From Phoronis australis (Eukaryota; Animalia; Phoronida): a DNA stretch of 64,000 nucleotides. Shown here one piece after another: positions 1 to 13,760 of this stretch (the stretch's first letter is position 1; every line of letters begins with the position of its first letter). The notes beneath the pieces were generated by a model that ran no database searches, was not told the origin of the DNA, and was given only the letters and a program-made list of their open reading frames with translations. The position numbers and the translations under genes are program-made. The stretch is taken from assembly GCA_002633005.1 (NCBI GenBank), contig NMRA01000068.1:384636-448635 (forward strand), in the 5' to 3' direction.

Positions 1-120
1 CCATGTTCCTGTTTTTGGATGGATTGTATGTTTTTGCGCCATCTAGTGGCCAACAACCCTAAAAGCACACCATTTGCATTGCATTCGTGGGTGCATTTCA
101 ACGCTCCGCGTTGCTCTTGT
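1..120 (+). mobile_element. Family A (Helentron/HINE-like) 3' end fragment
   Basis: Ends gtgggtgcatt-tcaacgctccgcgttg-ctcttgt (subTIR plus hairpin), as in other copies. Confidence 0.75.
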
Positions 121-3100
121 TTATGTCTCACATATCCAATTGGGAAGTAACCTCTGTTGCCATGTCATCTTTTGTTGGTGAAGATGAAGGTCATATGCAT
201 ATCATCTGTAATAGACAACATAGACCCGCTACTTTGATAACAAAGTGCTGTCCATGGATAACCTCATCAGTCCTTAGGATGCTTCAGGCTGATACAGTGC
301 ACTAGCTCCACACAACCTGTTGATGATGGTGGTTGTCAACCTTCATGGCTGTTTGTGAAAAAGGAATGGTGTTCATAACAAAAGTAATGTCACTTGTGAG
401 TTCAAAGGGAAAGGTTTGGTCAAGAAATATGTGTTTTGTGAGAAGAAAACGCATCAGCTCGTGAAAGGAGAATTTGAAGGATGTTGTTGTAAATCACTCC
501 TGAGGATTGAAGAGTGGTAGCCTGGAAAGCACTTCAGGATTGTAATATGCTATCTTGTCAGTGTTAGGTCTAGACTGTTTTCTATTCTCTTGTTAGTGGA
601 AATTACAGAAGCCTACTAAGAAATGAGTTGCGAGTGTCACCAGGAACATGGTCTTGTTAAAGTCACACCTAACAACTAATCTATTGAGTTAGTGTTCTTT
701 AACCTTCTGATCACAGCTTTGAAACTGATTTACATAAGCAATAATGGTGACATTGATTTTTTTCCTGTCGTAATGTGTTCAACATGTCATTTGCTCTTGT
801 AGATTTCCTCAAATAAAACAGTGAAAAATATAATTTGTTGATTCATAAGAAATGTTTTAAGTTGTTCATGTAGCTGTGTATGCGGCAGAGATGGATTGTC
901 TGTACCGTAGTTTAAATGTTATTGCTGGAGGGATTGTTCATTCTTAGTCATTTGGTTTCTTTCAAAGAATCAAAATAGTGATGCTGCAGCTGTGACAAAT
1001 TTGGTTCGTCTCACAACACAGTGTATTTGGTGCTAAAGTCTGCTATTTTTGGTACTTGCTTTTTGTCTCTGAATTTGTTTTTGTGATGATTGTAGTGTAC
1101 AAAGTTAAAACTTTTTTATTTTCATCTTTCTGTTTCAGTTTGTCTCTAAATTTATTTCTGTAATGGGTTTTTGCTTTCTGTAGTCTCTTACGTTGATTTG
1201 CATCAGACGGAAGAAGCCCTCTGTAGACTAGATCAAATTGTGGAAATAACCCAGTCTCTTTCATTGGCTCAGCTTGTGTGTCATAGGTGGGTAAAGTTCA
1301 GTCCAGTGAGATTGGGTCATCCTGTTTTCATCTGGTATTGAAGATTTCATGGTGAATAGATTGAAAAGTTTCTTTTCAAGTGCTTGCATGAATTCTGAAA
1401 GGTTTAAGTAGGCCTGTGTCTTTCATAACCATTTGTTTGTCTTGGTCTTGGGTGTAGTGGTGCCAAGTGAAACTGCTTAACTGCATGTCAGCCATTCTTG
1501 CTTAGCGAGAGAGGTAGATCTGGTTACTTGATAGACTGTGTGCTCAGTTGTTGTGCATTAAACCAAAGCTCTGGTTGTCAATGCGATGATAAGACCAGCT
1601 GTACAGTGGAAACACTGTGTGCTTACTGCTGTGTGCCAGACTGGGTAATGATTGACCTCCAGATATAATGTGGAGCAGGATGCATGAAAGGAATGAGTCA
1701 TTATTGGCTGTGTGCTAATATTGGGACTAGAAGGTTGAACTGCTGGTGTTGCTCAGACAGACAGAAGACTGGTGATGTGGCATGCTGAAGCAAGTAGCTT
1801 GGTCAGGGAGTGGCTATTGAAAGTGCTGTTTGTATGGTGTTGCTGAAAATGGCCTTGTTGACTCAGAATCTCTTTGTTGGTGTTCATGAGCTGAGCTTTT
1901 CTGTAGATTGTTAGTGTGACTAGGTAGTCATTGGCTGATGAATTCAGTGTTTTATGATGGTTCTTATTCTGGAGATTCATAACCACAGAATAGTAAGACA
2001 TGGTCATGGTGGTTTCATGGAAGAGCTGATTCCTGTTGTAAATTTCAAGATAGAGAGTGCTATTCATGAATCTTTGATAGGTTTCCAGTGATGCCAATAA
2101 GTTGTGATTAAGAAAAGAAAAAAATACCCATTCACGATAAAAAATAGTAGTGATTTTTGAATTTCTAAAAAAGAGTGTTTTTAAAAGTATCTGGTCAATT
2201 GGATGAAGTTCATAGTTTTAAATGCTCATTGGTAATTCAGTAATTCAATATATATACAATATATCTCATGCCATAAAAATCTTTGCTTGTTCAGTTAATT
2301 CATCTTACACTGATTTTCTTGTCTGAAACTCTTTAAAATCAATATGTCCATGCAGTTGGATTTGTAAAAAAGCTGTTCGCGTTGTCACCCTTGCATATCA
2401 AATGTTCTCTTGACTTGGGCTTTTTATAGTTCGTAGAGTAAATGCTTGCTTTTGGTATTGGATAAGGTATATGGCAGTTTTCTATTACGTACTTGGATAA
2501 AATCAATATATGTGCTGCTTACAGATGGTGTACACCCTGATATTTAGTCAATGGCTTAGATACCTAGTAATAATGACACCGTACGTTTGCAAGCTACAGT
2601 GTTTTGCCTAATTTGTTTTTGTGATATTTTTGCCTAATTTGTTTTTGTGATGTTTTTGCCTGAATGTCATACTATGCTTGCATTTATTTATAATTTTAAG
2701 TACCCCAGCATTATTGAAAAGAATATAAAAGGTGTCCTACTTAAGTCTTCAGCTTGAACATTAACGGATGTCCTTGGTAGAAATCAAGTTTGTGCGCTTG
2801 CTATCATGGAGAGAGCTTCTAATGGAGTTAAAAAAATTGTATGCCTGCCTGAGAATTTTACTCATGGAAACCAATTTCATCTTCTAAATTGAACATTTGT
2901 TGACTTTCTAAATTTCGAAATGTTACTAAAAATGTGATACTTCAGTCTACTTCCAGCTTGAGCATTGAAGGTTGTCCTTTGTAGAAATCCAAGTTAGTGC
3001 CCTTGCAGTGGAGTTAAATTTCGAAATTTTACTAAATATTATTAACCTTTAATTATAAATTTACTTCTATTGATGCTCAAAAATATTTATAGAACAAATT

Positions 3101-4207
3101 CTGATAGTGTACAGCACAGCTAGGTGTTTAATTGCAGGCAGGAATATGATGTGGGTGACCTATTCCAGTGTCAGGTGCCCTTGATCACACAGCATTCAGC
3201 ACTTTCCCAAGAGCTGTTAGACTTGCAGTCTGGCTTGACCCTGTGTTAGCTGATAGTGAGAGTGAGTGCTATATTCACTGAACAATACTGTGGCCATATC
3301 TCCATTCCTTAAGTTCAATGATCTATTTATAGCAACCACACTGCACTGTATGAGCTGCTGATTGGCTAAGGGCTGTTGTGAATAGAAGAGGCAAGATGCT
3401 ATGGACATCAGGCAGCCAACTCTTTGTCTGACTAAGCTGATGAAACCAGTTCTTAGTATAAGGGTTGTCAGAAGGAAAAATCAATATCTAGCCATAGAGC
3501 TGAATCTGCCTCTAGTTTGAAGGTTCTCCTCATCAGCAAGTGTGCATGTTAACATACTAGAGTTGAGTGTTTCCAGTATTTTCAGTCGATAGAGTTTACT
3601 TAAGATCATGCGGAAGCCATTTACTTCTGTGTCTTCTAGTCTGCTTTGTTACTGTATTGATATTGTAGTTTCTCTTCTTGAACAAAGTACTGTGGCACAT
3701 CAGTCATGTCCTGTGTAAGATATTGGTCATTGATTATTTCTAGACTTGTTTGTATCTTGACATTGTTGCTTAGTGACTGCTATCACCAACTGCTAAACTG
3801 AATGCTGATAGCAGCTTTTTGAACACTTGGTTATTATGCCACATTGAAGTGATACTCAGCAGGTGGCTGGCTTCTCTCTGTTTTCTTACTCTCACCAGAG
3901 TTATGCAAGTGTAGCTGAACTGTGACTGTGTATGCTGAATGTGGGTCAAGGACTCTAAGTTATAACTCATCAATAGTTGTGATCCAATTTCACCTTGCTT
4001 TGACCTTTGGACACTTTTTGTCACTGACCTTGGTTATTTTTTGAATTTTGCATTGGTGTGAAGGTGTTGTCTGAAATTGATGCATGGTGTGAGTGGGATA
4101 AATGGAGACATTGATTTTGCTTGCCATTTCAATGTGGTTTGTATTTCAGTAGTTTCTGTTCAAAGACTTCCATGTCAATGTTTTATAATGCATGCTTCTC
4201 ATTCCAG

Positions 4208-5770
4208 ATGTGATGTCAACTTCTCATGCTGATGCTGCTGACGACGACAATCTTCTTAATCATATGCTGGAGTGGCGAATCGAAAAAAATCAGGACTCTA
4301 ATAGGAACGGCGTTACAAGTTCTACATCAGATTCATCCAACTGTAGTGGAACTCTTGGCTTAGTTGCAAAGTGTGATGTCCCTTTTCATGATGCACCTCT
4401 CCCCACTGAAATAGCTGCAAGACAGCCTTCTTACATGGAAGTGTCTTCTAAAAGTCCTCAAAAGATAACCTTAAAAATGTCTGATAGTGAAAATCAGAAA
4501 AACCTTGATTCCACCAGTCCTACATCATCAGTTGTGCCAAAACATGACTTAGACTATTCTCCTGCTGTAGAAAGAAGTGTCGCACTCGAAGAGAAAAATT
4601 GTCCGGTACAGGCCTATCAAGATGAGACTGTAAAAACTGTTTCATCCGTTTGCAAAGGTGCAGTACAAGGTCAAACCAATGCAGATTCTACAGGAAGCAA
4701 AATTCAAGTTGTTCATGGTTTTTCTGTTGGTGAAGAACCTAGTGACATTTCATATGAAGGAAGTACTAGGTCCAAAATAGCTGATGTAGCTGATGGTCCT
4801 CAAGTTGCTAAACAAAGTCAGCTCCATACTGTCCATGTGCAGAAATTAGACACTTCCAAAATAAACACAAACTTACAAAAGATCAGGGAAAAAATAAAGA
4901 AAATGAAATACCAGAATTCTGCAGTCAACACATTGCCTTCGAATACATCTTCATCTGAGTTCGGAAGAAAAGGTGAATGCAGCTCTTCATTGGATGGTTC
5001 AAGTGAAGACATCTCATGCCCTGTTGAATCAGCTATTCAAAAGCAAAATAGCCTTGTTTCATTTGTTCTGAGTAGTCCGATGTCAGAACAACAATTGACA
5101 TGTGACGGCAATGATTCCCTGAAAGAAACTCAGAAAAACTTGAATGAAGATTTAGGGTGTATTCCTTGTAAGGATATAGATGTTACTGGCAAGAATCAAG
5201 ATTGTCACATATCCATGGCTATTGACTCTTCAGGAGTCGCTTGTTCTAAGGAACAATTTTCTGAAGCAGTAGGGAAAGTTGGTCACACCTCTAATGTAGT
5301 TTCTGAACTCAGAAAAAGTATTGCCACGACTGAGAAGAATTTTGGATCAGATATGCTTGAAGGTAGTGTAGGATTTGTTAACCATTCACCAGAAAGTGAA
5401 GTCAAACAAGTTGTTGAAACAATAGGTGCAGTGAGTGGCTTCGCTTCTGACCTGAGTATTAAAGATGGTGCTGATGAAAATGTTAGCTCAGACAAGGAGT
5501 ACGGTGGCACACCTTTGGTAATTGATACGTCACCGTGTGTGTCTGCTCAGAATGTCGACAAGCAAGCAGTTGAAACGGAAGATGAATGTGATCGTGCCTG
5601 CTCTTCTGACAGAATAGAAGAGGACAAGAATCCTGACGTGGATGCCGAAGCTGAAGAAAGTGTTTCAACTGAACAGAAACAGACAAAGGGTGAACATTCT
5701 GATGTCTCAGCTAGTGGTGATGATGATTGTGTTGTTGTGGAAGGATGTACTGCCAACTCTTCTGATAAAG
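4208..5770 (+). CDS. Giant multi-C2H2 zinc-finger protein, first exon in window (Ser/Asp/Glu-rich N-terminal region)
   Basis: Within ORF 4192-5880. Acceptor ttctcattccag|4208, in-frame ATG at 4213, donor AAG|gtgaga at 5771 (phase 1, matches next exon). An upstream exon outside the window is possible. Confidence 0.8.
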
Positions 5771-6471
5771 GTGAGATTCATTTTCTCATATTCAGCCCAG
5801 TGCATTGTCAATGTTACTTTTTGTCAGTCACTCCATTCGTGAAAGCTGTGTTGTGTGTAAGTGTACTAGTGAACATGTAATGCTCAATGCATGTTTTATG
5901 TGCATGAATTTGAAGAAGCTGTGCAAGGATAGACAGAATGCTTGTTGTATCTCTTATGTTTACAGCCATGCTCATAGGTGTGCCAGTGCATGGTCTTCTA
6001 TCAAAATTGTTCTTGCTGTTATTTAATAAGGACCTCTTTTGTACAATTATGACCATAGTTAGAAAACCTGTGGTGTTGAAATATTATTTGTTTATTTGTT
6101 ATTATCTGAAGATAGGAATGACTTATTGATTTTTGAACATTGGCACTTTACATAGTATGGTATTGAATGTGACGGAAGTCAACCTTTAGTCAGGTCTGCA
6201 GTGAGTTTGGTCTCTGCAAATTTATTTCATTTTTATGTAACTTAGGAACAAGGATGAACTACCCAAGCCTCTCTTATTGATGCTCAGGCATAGTACGAAC
6301 TTGATTGTTAACAATGCAAATAATGCTTTTTGACATTATCAACCTTGACATCCATGTCAATAGACATTCTTATTGCTTAAAGATAATGGGAATGCTTGCT
6401 GTACAGATTTGTTGTGTCGTATTGTGTGGTGTGGTGTGCTGTAGCGTGATGACATCAGCAACTATTTTCAG

Positions 6472-7107
6472 AGTTATCTGCTAGTGATCTGGCTATAAAG
6501 CAGTTCCAAAAGTCAGACTATGCTTGGAACTTCGACGACTATCTGCCTCCTGTGGGGAATTTGTCGGAATTGGAGTTGGTTGACATCAAGCAGCAGTTGG
6601 TTCGAGCATGCATTTGTTGCATTCCTAGTAATGAAAGGAAGAGACGCCGCTTGTATGAAGGTACCTACATCACCTTACTTTGCTACACCATGGCTACAGG
6701 CTCCTTCTCCTCACGATCGGTAGCCACCTTCAGCTTCCACAATGCCTCTTATGTCTGCTTTACGTGTTCTGTAAAGATAGAGGACAAGCAAGAGATGAAG
6801 ACTCACATCCAGTGGCACCTTCATCGTTTACCGCCTTACGTGTGTAGCCATTGCGTGAACAAAAAGCGCCCGCTCAAGTGCATCTTGACACTGAGGATAC
6901 TCAACAACCTTGAGAAGATGCGGGTAACGTCACACGTGGACCATCAGTCACGGCAGACAGATCAGATGTCAGACCTAGACAACCAGTCATGGCAGACGGA
7001 AGAGATTAGTTCTGACTTGGACCATCAGTCAAGGCAGGCAGAAGAGATGACGTCAGACCTGGACCAACAATCACTGAAGATAGGAGAGGCAGAGCCAAAG
7101 AAGAAAG
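6472..7107 (+). CDS. Zinc-finger protein exon 2 (finger YVCFTC..HIQWH plus ~14-aa repeats)
   Basis: Acceptor tattttcag|6472 (phase 1), open frame shared with ORF 6552-7157, donor AAG|gtacag at 7108 (phase 1). Confidence 0.85.
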
Positions 7108-8780
7108 GTACAGTTTATGCCTGCACGCCTGAGACTGCTACTCGTGGTTATGGCTGACTAACAATGCTATGGTATCTGATTATATCTGCAAAGACCTCAC
7201 CTTCTTTTCTGTATTCTTATTGCCAGTTGAAGCGGCTTTATTTCTTTCCTCATTTCTGGATGTTTTATGCACTTTCAATAGTTGTTGTCACGACATAGTG
7301 CTTCAGAACTCAAAGCTGTTGACAAAATTATTGTATGGTATGGAGATGAAGTAAGATTTATATTTGGTAGTGCCATCTTGTAGTCCATGTTAATGTGTAT
7401 GTCTGCTTGGTAAGAAGAGCCGAGCTTCTTAAAAGTGGGTTATTGGGTCAAAGCTTCTGTTCTTTCCATTGTGAAGTGTTTGAGATTGATTGTTGTTCAA
7501 TTGTGGTGATTGGGATGTAATGACTTACTTAGTTGACCTGTGAGTTGATCCAGATGAGTAGCATTACTAATAGCCTTCTTCCAGCATCTGGTGCCTAGTC
7601 AGCTTCCTGTAAGGCAAAAATACATTCAAGTTCCTGACTGTATTTATTTAATTATAAGGAAAGTCATGTGACCTGACTAGCCTCATAGGCTTTGTTACTT
7701 TTGAATTTATAAAAGGCTGTAAAGAATAATATATAAAACATCGTTTGTTATTCTATGATTATTCTAAATGAATTAGTGTAACTGTAGTATAATAGGAAGA
7801 CAAGTGTACAGTCTTGAGGATAAGGTTTGTATCAATGCTGCACACTTACTGCGAACTGACACTCGTGCAGTATTCTCAGAGAGTGAGCTTATAAAGATGT
7901 TGCCCTTACTGAGGCTGAAGACTGTCATGAGGGACCTAATCATTGTCATTGTTGAGGAGAGCCTCAGCTTTCATTGCTGAGTTGGTTACTCAACCTCATT
8001 TTTATGACCAGTCATGAGCCATAACAGATGTGAGCTGCCATGTTTCTAGGTATTAGTCTGGAGCAGCTTTTGTCTCTAGTTTGTGTAACCAGCAGGGTGA
8101 GGTGTAGATTGCAGTTATGGTTGTAGTTTGTAATTGTGCTGTATAAATCAGCAGATTGACATGGGGCTTAAGAAGACTAATAATGAATTCTTCCTTGTAC
8201 TGTAGGTTGTTGTGTTTCTTTTTTTTGGAGTTATTTGATGATTTGATTTGGAGCTAGAAGTTTGTTAGATACTATGTTTGCTCTTGCTCTGTTTTAGTTC
8301 TATCATTTTGAATGTCCTCAATGGCAAAATTTGTTCAGGTACAATGATTTCTAAATTAGTTTGCGGCATCTTGAGCAGAAAGGTTGTTAGTGAGTATTGT
8401 TGTTGTTTGTTGATATAACCTAGAATTTATAGTGATGTAGGCTCCATTCTACTAGTTAGTTAGTTCCAAGCAAAGTTTGTACTGTATTACATTTTCACAA
8501 CCATTTTAGGTGGATCAATAAATATCAGTCCGGTGTTTTACTAAAATTTTGTGTCTTGAATAATTGATCCCAGGTTTGCTCTTGATAAAAACCGTTGGAG
8601 AAATTGGAAATTTAGGGGGAAATACTGTAGCCTTGGGAGTTAGCTAGGTGGATGTTGAATTTTACAATGGGTGTCATACAGATTTAGTTAGACTTAATGA
8701 AAAGATTTTGTGCCTAATATGGCCATAAGGCACATAGAATAAAGGTTGGTTCTATTATCAAGCCCCTAAGGAAGTAATTA

Positions 8781-9860
8781 CCGTAAACGTTCAGGTTAAT
8801 GCCCATTCTCAGTTAACCGCCCACCCCCAACTTTAGGTGGATTTTCGATTTAACCGCTCACTGCTCGGTTAACCGCCCATCTGCGATTTTTGAAGATTTC
8901 CAGTTAAGCACCCACCTCTCAGTTAAGCGCCCATCCCCGACTTTTAAAGATTGAAGATTTAGCGCCCAGTGCTACCCAAATGCGCGATTCCCCGACTTTT
9001 AGATCGATGATCACTACTAGAGTGCAACAATGGCTTCCGAGTCGGCGGTTTGGCAATGTGAATTATAATACAAGTAACGAATTCTTGTCTCGGGTCATGT
9101 ATTTACTTCAAAATATAATACTTGAAGGTTTTGTCACTTTATTTTCTTCCCATGTTCGCAAAGTTTAAGAACCCCACCAGCTTCAGTGCCTCCGCTTTTA
9201 GCGACGCAGTCTGCCGCGTTGAGTTTCTGTCTGCAGCGAAGAATTGGGGCTACATCTACGAATTGTTTTTTACCGACACAGATATGTGTACGATCTGGTA
9301 ATTTTATCCCTCGTGCTCTAGTGTACGTGCTCACTAGACTCATACCCAGTCATAAATTTGATTTCTGCTGTGACCTCTGTAACATGTGAAGCTCGCACGC
9401 GCGCACTTCTTAAGTGTCATCGCGTGAGAATAGTTGCAATCCTAGTTATTGTTACTGGTCGTCTGCGCAGTACAGCTCTAATAAGATCGCAGGATGGCAC
9501 AGGGCTGTTACTCACCAATTTTGTAAATTTAATTATGATTGGTTAATCTGGGCAACAGAACATTTCTTGGGATCGTCCGCTGTTATGACACTATTAGCGA
9601 CATTTGGTGACTTGACGATAAAGCTCTTTGAAAAGCTCTACGCGTTCCGAGTATGACTGTCGCGTGATACTCTGATCAGGAGGTAAGATAAACTGCCCAG
9701 GGCAGTTGTGTGTCGTAACAAGTGCCCATGTTCAGTTAACCGCCCACCCTGGATTTCTTGAAATTTCACGTTTAAGCGCCCATGTCTGGTTAACCGCCCT
9801 CCCCTGATTTTTTGGGTTTGCCAATTTAACCGCCCAGGGCGTTAACCCGAACGTTTACGG
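8781..9860. mobile_element. Family C non-autonomous TIR element (pogo/Tc2-like termini), 1,080 bp
   Basis: TA|CCGTAAACGTTCAGGTTAATGCCC ... GGGCGTTAACCCGAACGTTTACGG|TA; TA target duplication; many subterminal TTAACCGCCCA repeats. Confidence 0.85.
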
Positions 9861-10072
9861 TAATGGGTTCCAGAAAGGTATTCAGTTTTATCAAGTGAAT
9901 CCCCTCCCTGTTTTAGTAGTATCCAGTATTACCACACTGCTTGGTCATGAACTAAGAGAGTAGAAAGGTGGCGTTAAGGTTATGTTAGGCCCTACGAAAG
10001 TGTCCAAAGCATCTGCACACAAGCATCACCTAATTTTTGTTGCAAGTATCCATTTCCAATTTCAGTGGAGTA

Positions 10073-11581
10073 CCGTATTCGCCGTAATAACCGCCCATGC
10101 CCCTATAAGCACCCCCCACGCGTTTTCAGACTTTGCTAAAATAAGCACCCAGTCCATGAACGTGTACGTGCGAAAAATGCCTTACCTACAGTCCTAAAAT
10201 TCTACAGTAACGTCTTCAATTTATCAATAATATCCGACAGTCCTGAAAAAAATCATTGTGCGCAGAATTTTTAGACCACAAGCCTCACCGCTATGTCGGT
10301 ATTTAGCCGTGACTATACACTGCAAACTTTGGCCATGCCTCAAAACGAACACAAAAGTTCTGCTGATCTTGCATGGACCAATGGTCTGGCCTTTCAGAAC
10401 AGAAGTAGTGTACTTGTCTACAGGATTGCTTTGTAGATATTTCCTGCTTTCAACAGGAATCCAAATTTCTTTGTACACTTGAAAACTGCGAATCAAAGAC
10501 TACTAAAAACCTTGGCCAGTGTTAAAAGCACGTGGCCAGGAAGCGCGTGCTACGTGCATGAACCTGTCATCAAAGACATTAGTCGGGAACTATCCATTCA
10601 TGAAACGGGTAGCATAGCATCGACAAGAAATGAATATTGGCACTAATTTCCGACAGTTTCTAATAGTATAAAAAATGTTTGCGTTATTTTTAAGATGAAT
10701 TGTTTGATTAACCGTAATTGGTGTTTTTAAGCCAAATATCCGATAAAATGACCACTGACAGTGAATGCTTACACACTCTTACACCGAAAAATAACTTTCA
10801 GATAGTCACGTATGCATCTAGCCACACGGTGACTAATATGGCCTTACCGAGACAAATGTCTAACGTTTTTAGCACATGAGACCGGCAAGTGCTGAATGAA
10901 ACACGCTCTGGTTTAGGCCTACTGCTTGTGCAAATTTCTTTAGATACAATGCACATCTAGCTCATTAGATTGCTTGGCTCTGTCCAAAAGACGGTATCTG
11001 CTCTGGCAAATGAACTCTGGTGATACGCACGCGCTTGCTTACTCACAAATGCAGACGAACTTCAAAACAAACGTCACTCCTTGACAAAAACATGTGTGTT
11101 CCGTCCAAACATTTTTCTCATGTTGCCGATCATACATGTAGTTAGCACGATGTAGTACTTAAACCTGCCGTGATCCCGACTCCACGGGAACTTAAAAATG
11201 TTAGAGACGCTACTTGGAAAACTTGAGGATTTCAGGTAATTTGCTTGAGTCGAAACTATTTTTATTCAAGCATTCAAGTCGCCATATCGACGATTGCGAG
11301 ACAGGGAGTCGGCGAGTGTTCACCCTGGGATTTCAGCACAATTTTGTGTAAAATGATCGTAATTTAGCAGCAAAGTTTGATAACAATGCATCACGGTTTT
11401 GTAGAAAGTCTTTCATAGATTACAGATACCTCACAGAGCGTAAATTTGATGAATCGTAGTTCAGTTCCGATTTCACCCGTTTTAGGGACCGGGTTTCAAC
11501 AGCCTTGGGTTATAATAAGTGCCCCCCCCCCCTTAAACGAACTTTTCTAATCGCCCTGGGCGGTTATTACGACGAATACGA
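10073..11581. mobile_element. Family B non-autonomous TIR element (~1.5 kb, CCGTA termini) with HIRAN-like relic
   Basis: TA|CCGTATTCGCCGTAATAACCGCCC ... GGGCGGTTATTACGACGAATACGA|TA; a closely similar copy lies at 19009-20524. Confidence 0.88.
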
Positions 11582-12036
11582 TAATAGTGATACAGGCCCT
11601 TTGAGACTGTTCTATATTTTAATACAAGAATAGTGATGATGTAAACTGCTAAAGTTAGGGTCAAAATTGGACAGTCGAACTGTATTATGTGCACCTTGTG
11701 TGGAAATATTCCAGGAACTGAGACTATTCATGTTGGATTGTTCTGTTGTATGGTAGTACCTCTATAGAGTAGAGTGTCTGGCTGAAGCATGTGTTTGATG
11801 ATGAAATATTCATTTCTGCCAGGGAAGCATTGTTTGATTTTCCAGATCTTGGACAGAAAATGCTTGTATAGGATATTTTTTTTGTCTGGTTAGGATGTAT
11901 TTATATAGCAAACAGAAACTACAGATGTTTCTGATTTTGAACAGTCGCAAATATTTTTATGATTATTATACATTGAATGATTAATGTATATAACAAGACT
12001 TCAAAAAAAACATGTCAAGATATGGAGAGAATTTCA

Positions 12037-13650
12037 TTTTTATGCACCGATGTATTTATGTGTGGGTGCATATTACCGTCATCTCTGTCGTGGAATCGGG
12101 CATCTGCGGCTGTCTCTCTAAACTGCTTGCAGGATCTTCTTATTAAAATTTGACAGTTGTGTTCTCTGAAGCTGACGACGGATTTCAGATCTATCTGACT
12201 AAAGGTGTGCCTCCTAGTGGCAATTTTATTATTTACGTTCTGTTTCTTCGGACGTTCTCAACAGATTTTCATAAAATTTTGTAGATAGGCATCTATTAAT
12301 GAGGTGACAGTATTCTCTTGTTTTCGGATGGATTCGAGGTACTTTGCGCCACCTAGTGGCCATTTTTACTGTTTTCGTGTCTGTTTGCTGGCTTCTGCCC
12401 CTTTATCAACCTGACCGCTCCAAAGATGATTGTTAAACTTGGCTTACATGTTCTTAATGTCAAGAGGGTGGCTGACGATGATTTTCCGATGACTTCGGCT
12501 ACTTTGGCACCTAGTAGCAGTTTTTTACCCCCATGGCTGTATCTCTCAAACCTTCTGCGGGATCTTTGTAAAATTTCTCAGTTGTATTTTTATGAAGTTG
12601 ACAACGGTTGGCGACGACTTCCAGATGGTTCCAACAAACGCTGTGTCTGTGCCCTAGTGGCAATTTCATTTTTTTCCATTTTCCCTTTTCTCTGAAGTCC
12701 TTGATGGATTTTTATGAAATTTGGTGAGTAGCTCTCTATTAAACAAATGATGTCATTTTCCTTTTTTGGGATTGATTTGACATATTTTCTGCCAGCTGTT
12801 GGCCATTTTTACTGTTTTCGGGGCTGTTTTTGGCATCTGCCTCTCTATCAACCAAATATTCTCAGGATGATTTTGAAAATAGGGGTTCATGTTTTTACTG
12901 TGAAGAGGGTGGCTGATGATGATTTTCGGACAACTCGGTCTACTGTGGTGCCTCATAATGGAAGTTTTTTGCGTCAATGGCTGTATTTCCCAAACCTTTG
13001 CAGCATATTTATAAAATTGGGCAAGTGTATTTATATGAAGTTAACAGTGGGCAAGGACGACACTTGGACGAATCTGACTATCGCTGTGACACCCTAGTGG
13101 CATTTTTTTCATTGTCCTCTGTATGTTTGAAACTCCTTGGCAGATTTAATGAAATTTAATTGATAGGTTTCTATTAAAGAGTCTATATATTCGCATTTTC
13201 AGACAGATTTGATGTATAGTGACTGTTTTTATTTTCATGGCATTTTGCAAATTGGTTTCTGTTTATGAGCCAGCGCTAATCCATCTACAGCTGTGCTCCA
13301 TAGTGGCAATTTTACTTTTACGTTTGCTTCCTTAGTGACATTTTTTCACATCTGTGCCTTTATCTCATATACCCCTTGCAAGATGTTCTCGTAATTTTGC
13401 AATTGTATTCCTATTAATTTCACTAGCAGATAGATGGATTTCACTTGTGCTGTTGCAGTTCTTTTTTGTTCTTTGACGGATTTGCATGAAATTTGGCATT
13501 GGCAAAAAGTTTTGAAAGGCCACGACACCTTCCCATTTTTGGATGTGTTTAATGTATTCTGGCCATTTTTTAATGCTAGAAATAAACACCTGGAGATGCA
13601 CACAATTTTCTTTGCAGTCATGGGCACATTTCAAAGATCTGCATTGCTCC
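12037..13650 (+). mobile_element. Family A (Helentron/HINE-like), older copy with both ends
   Basis: 5' ttttt-atgcaccg..gtgggtgcat hairpin; internal ~150-bp repeats with cctagtggc; degenerate 3' end tgggcacatttcaaagatctgcattgctcc. Confidence 0.75.
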
Positions 13651-13760
13651 ATTTAATTTCGCCCTTAGTCTTTACAATGAGTGATTTTGTTGCAACATGA
13701 ATCCAGTATCCAGTTTACACCCTTGTGTTAGTTTATCATTCATTTTTTTTTCTTTTCAAG

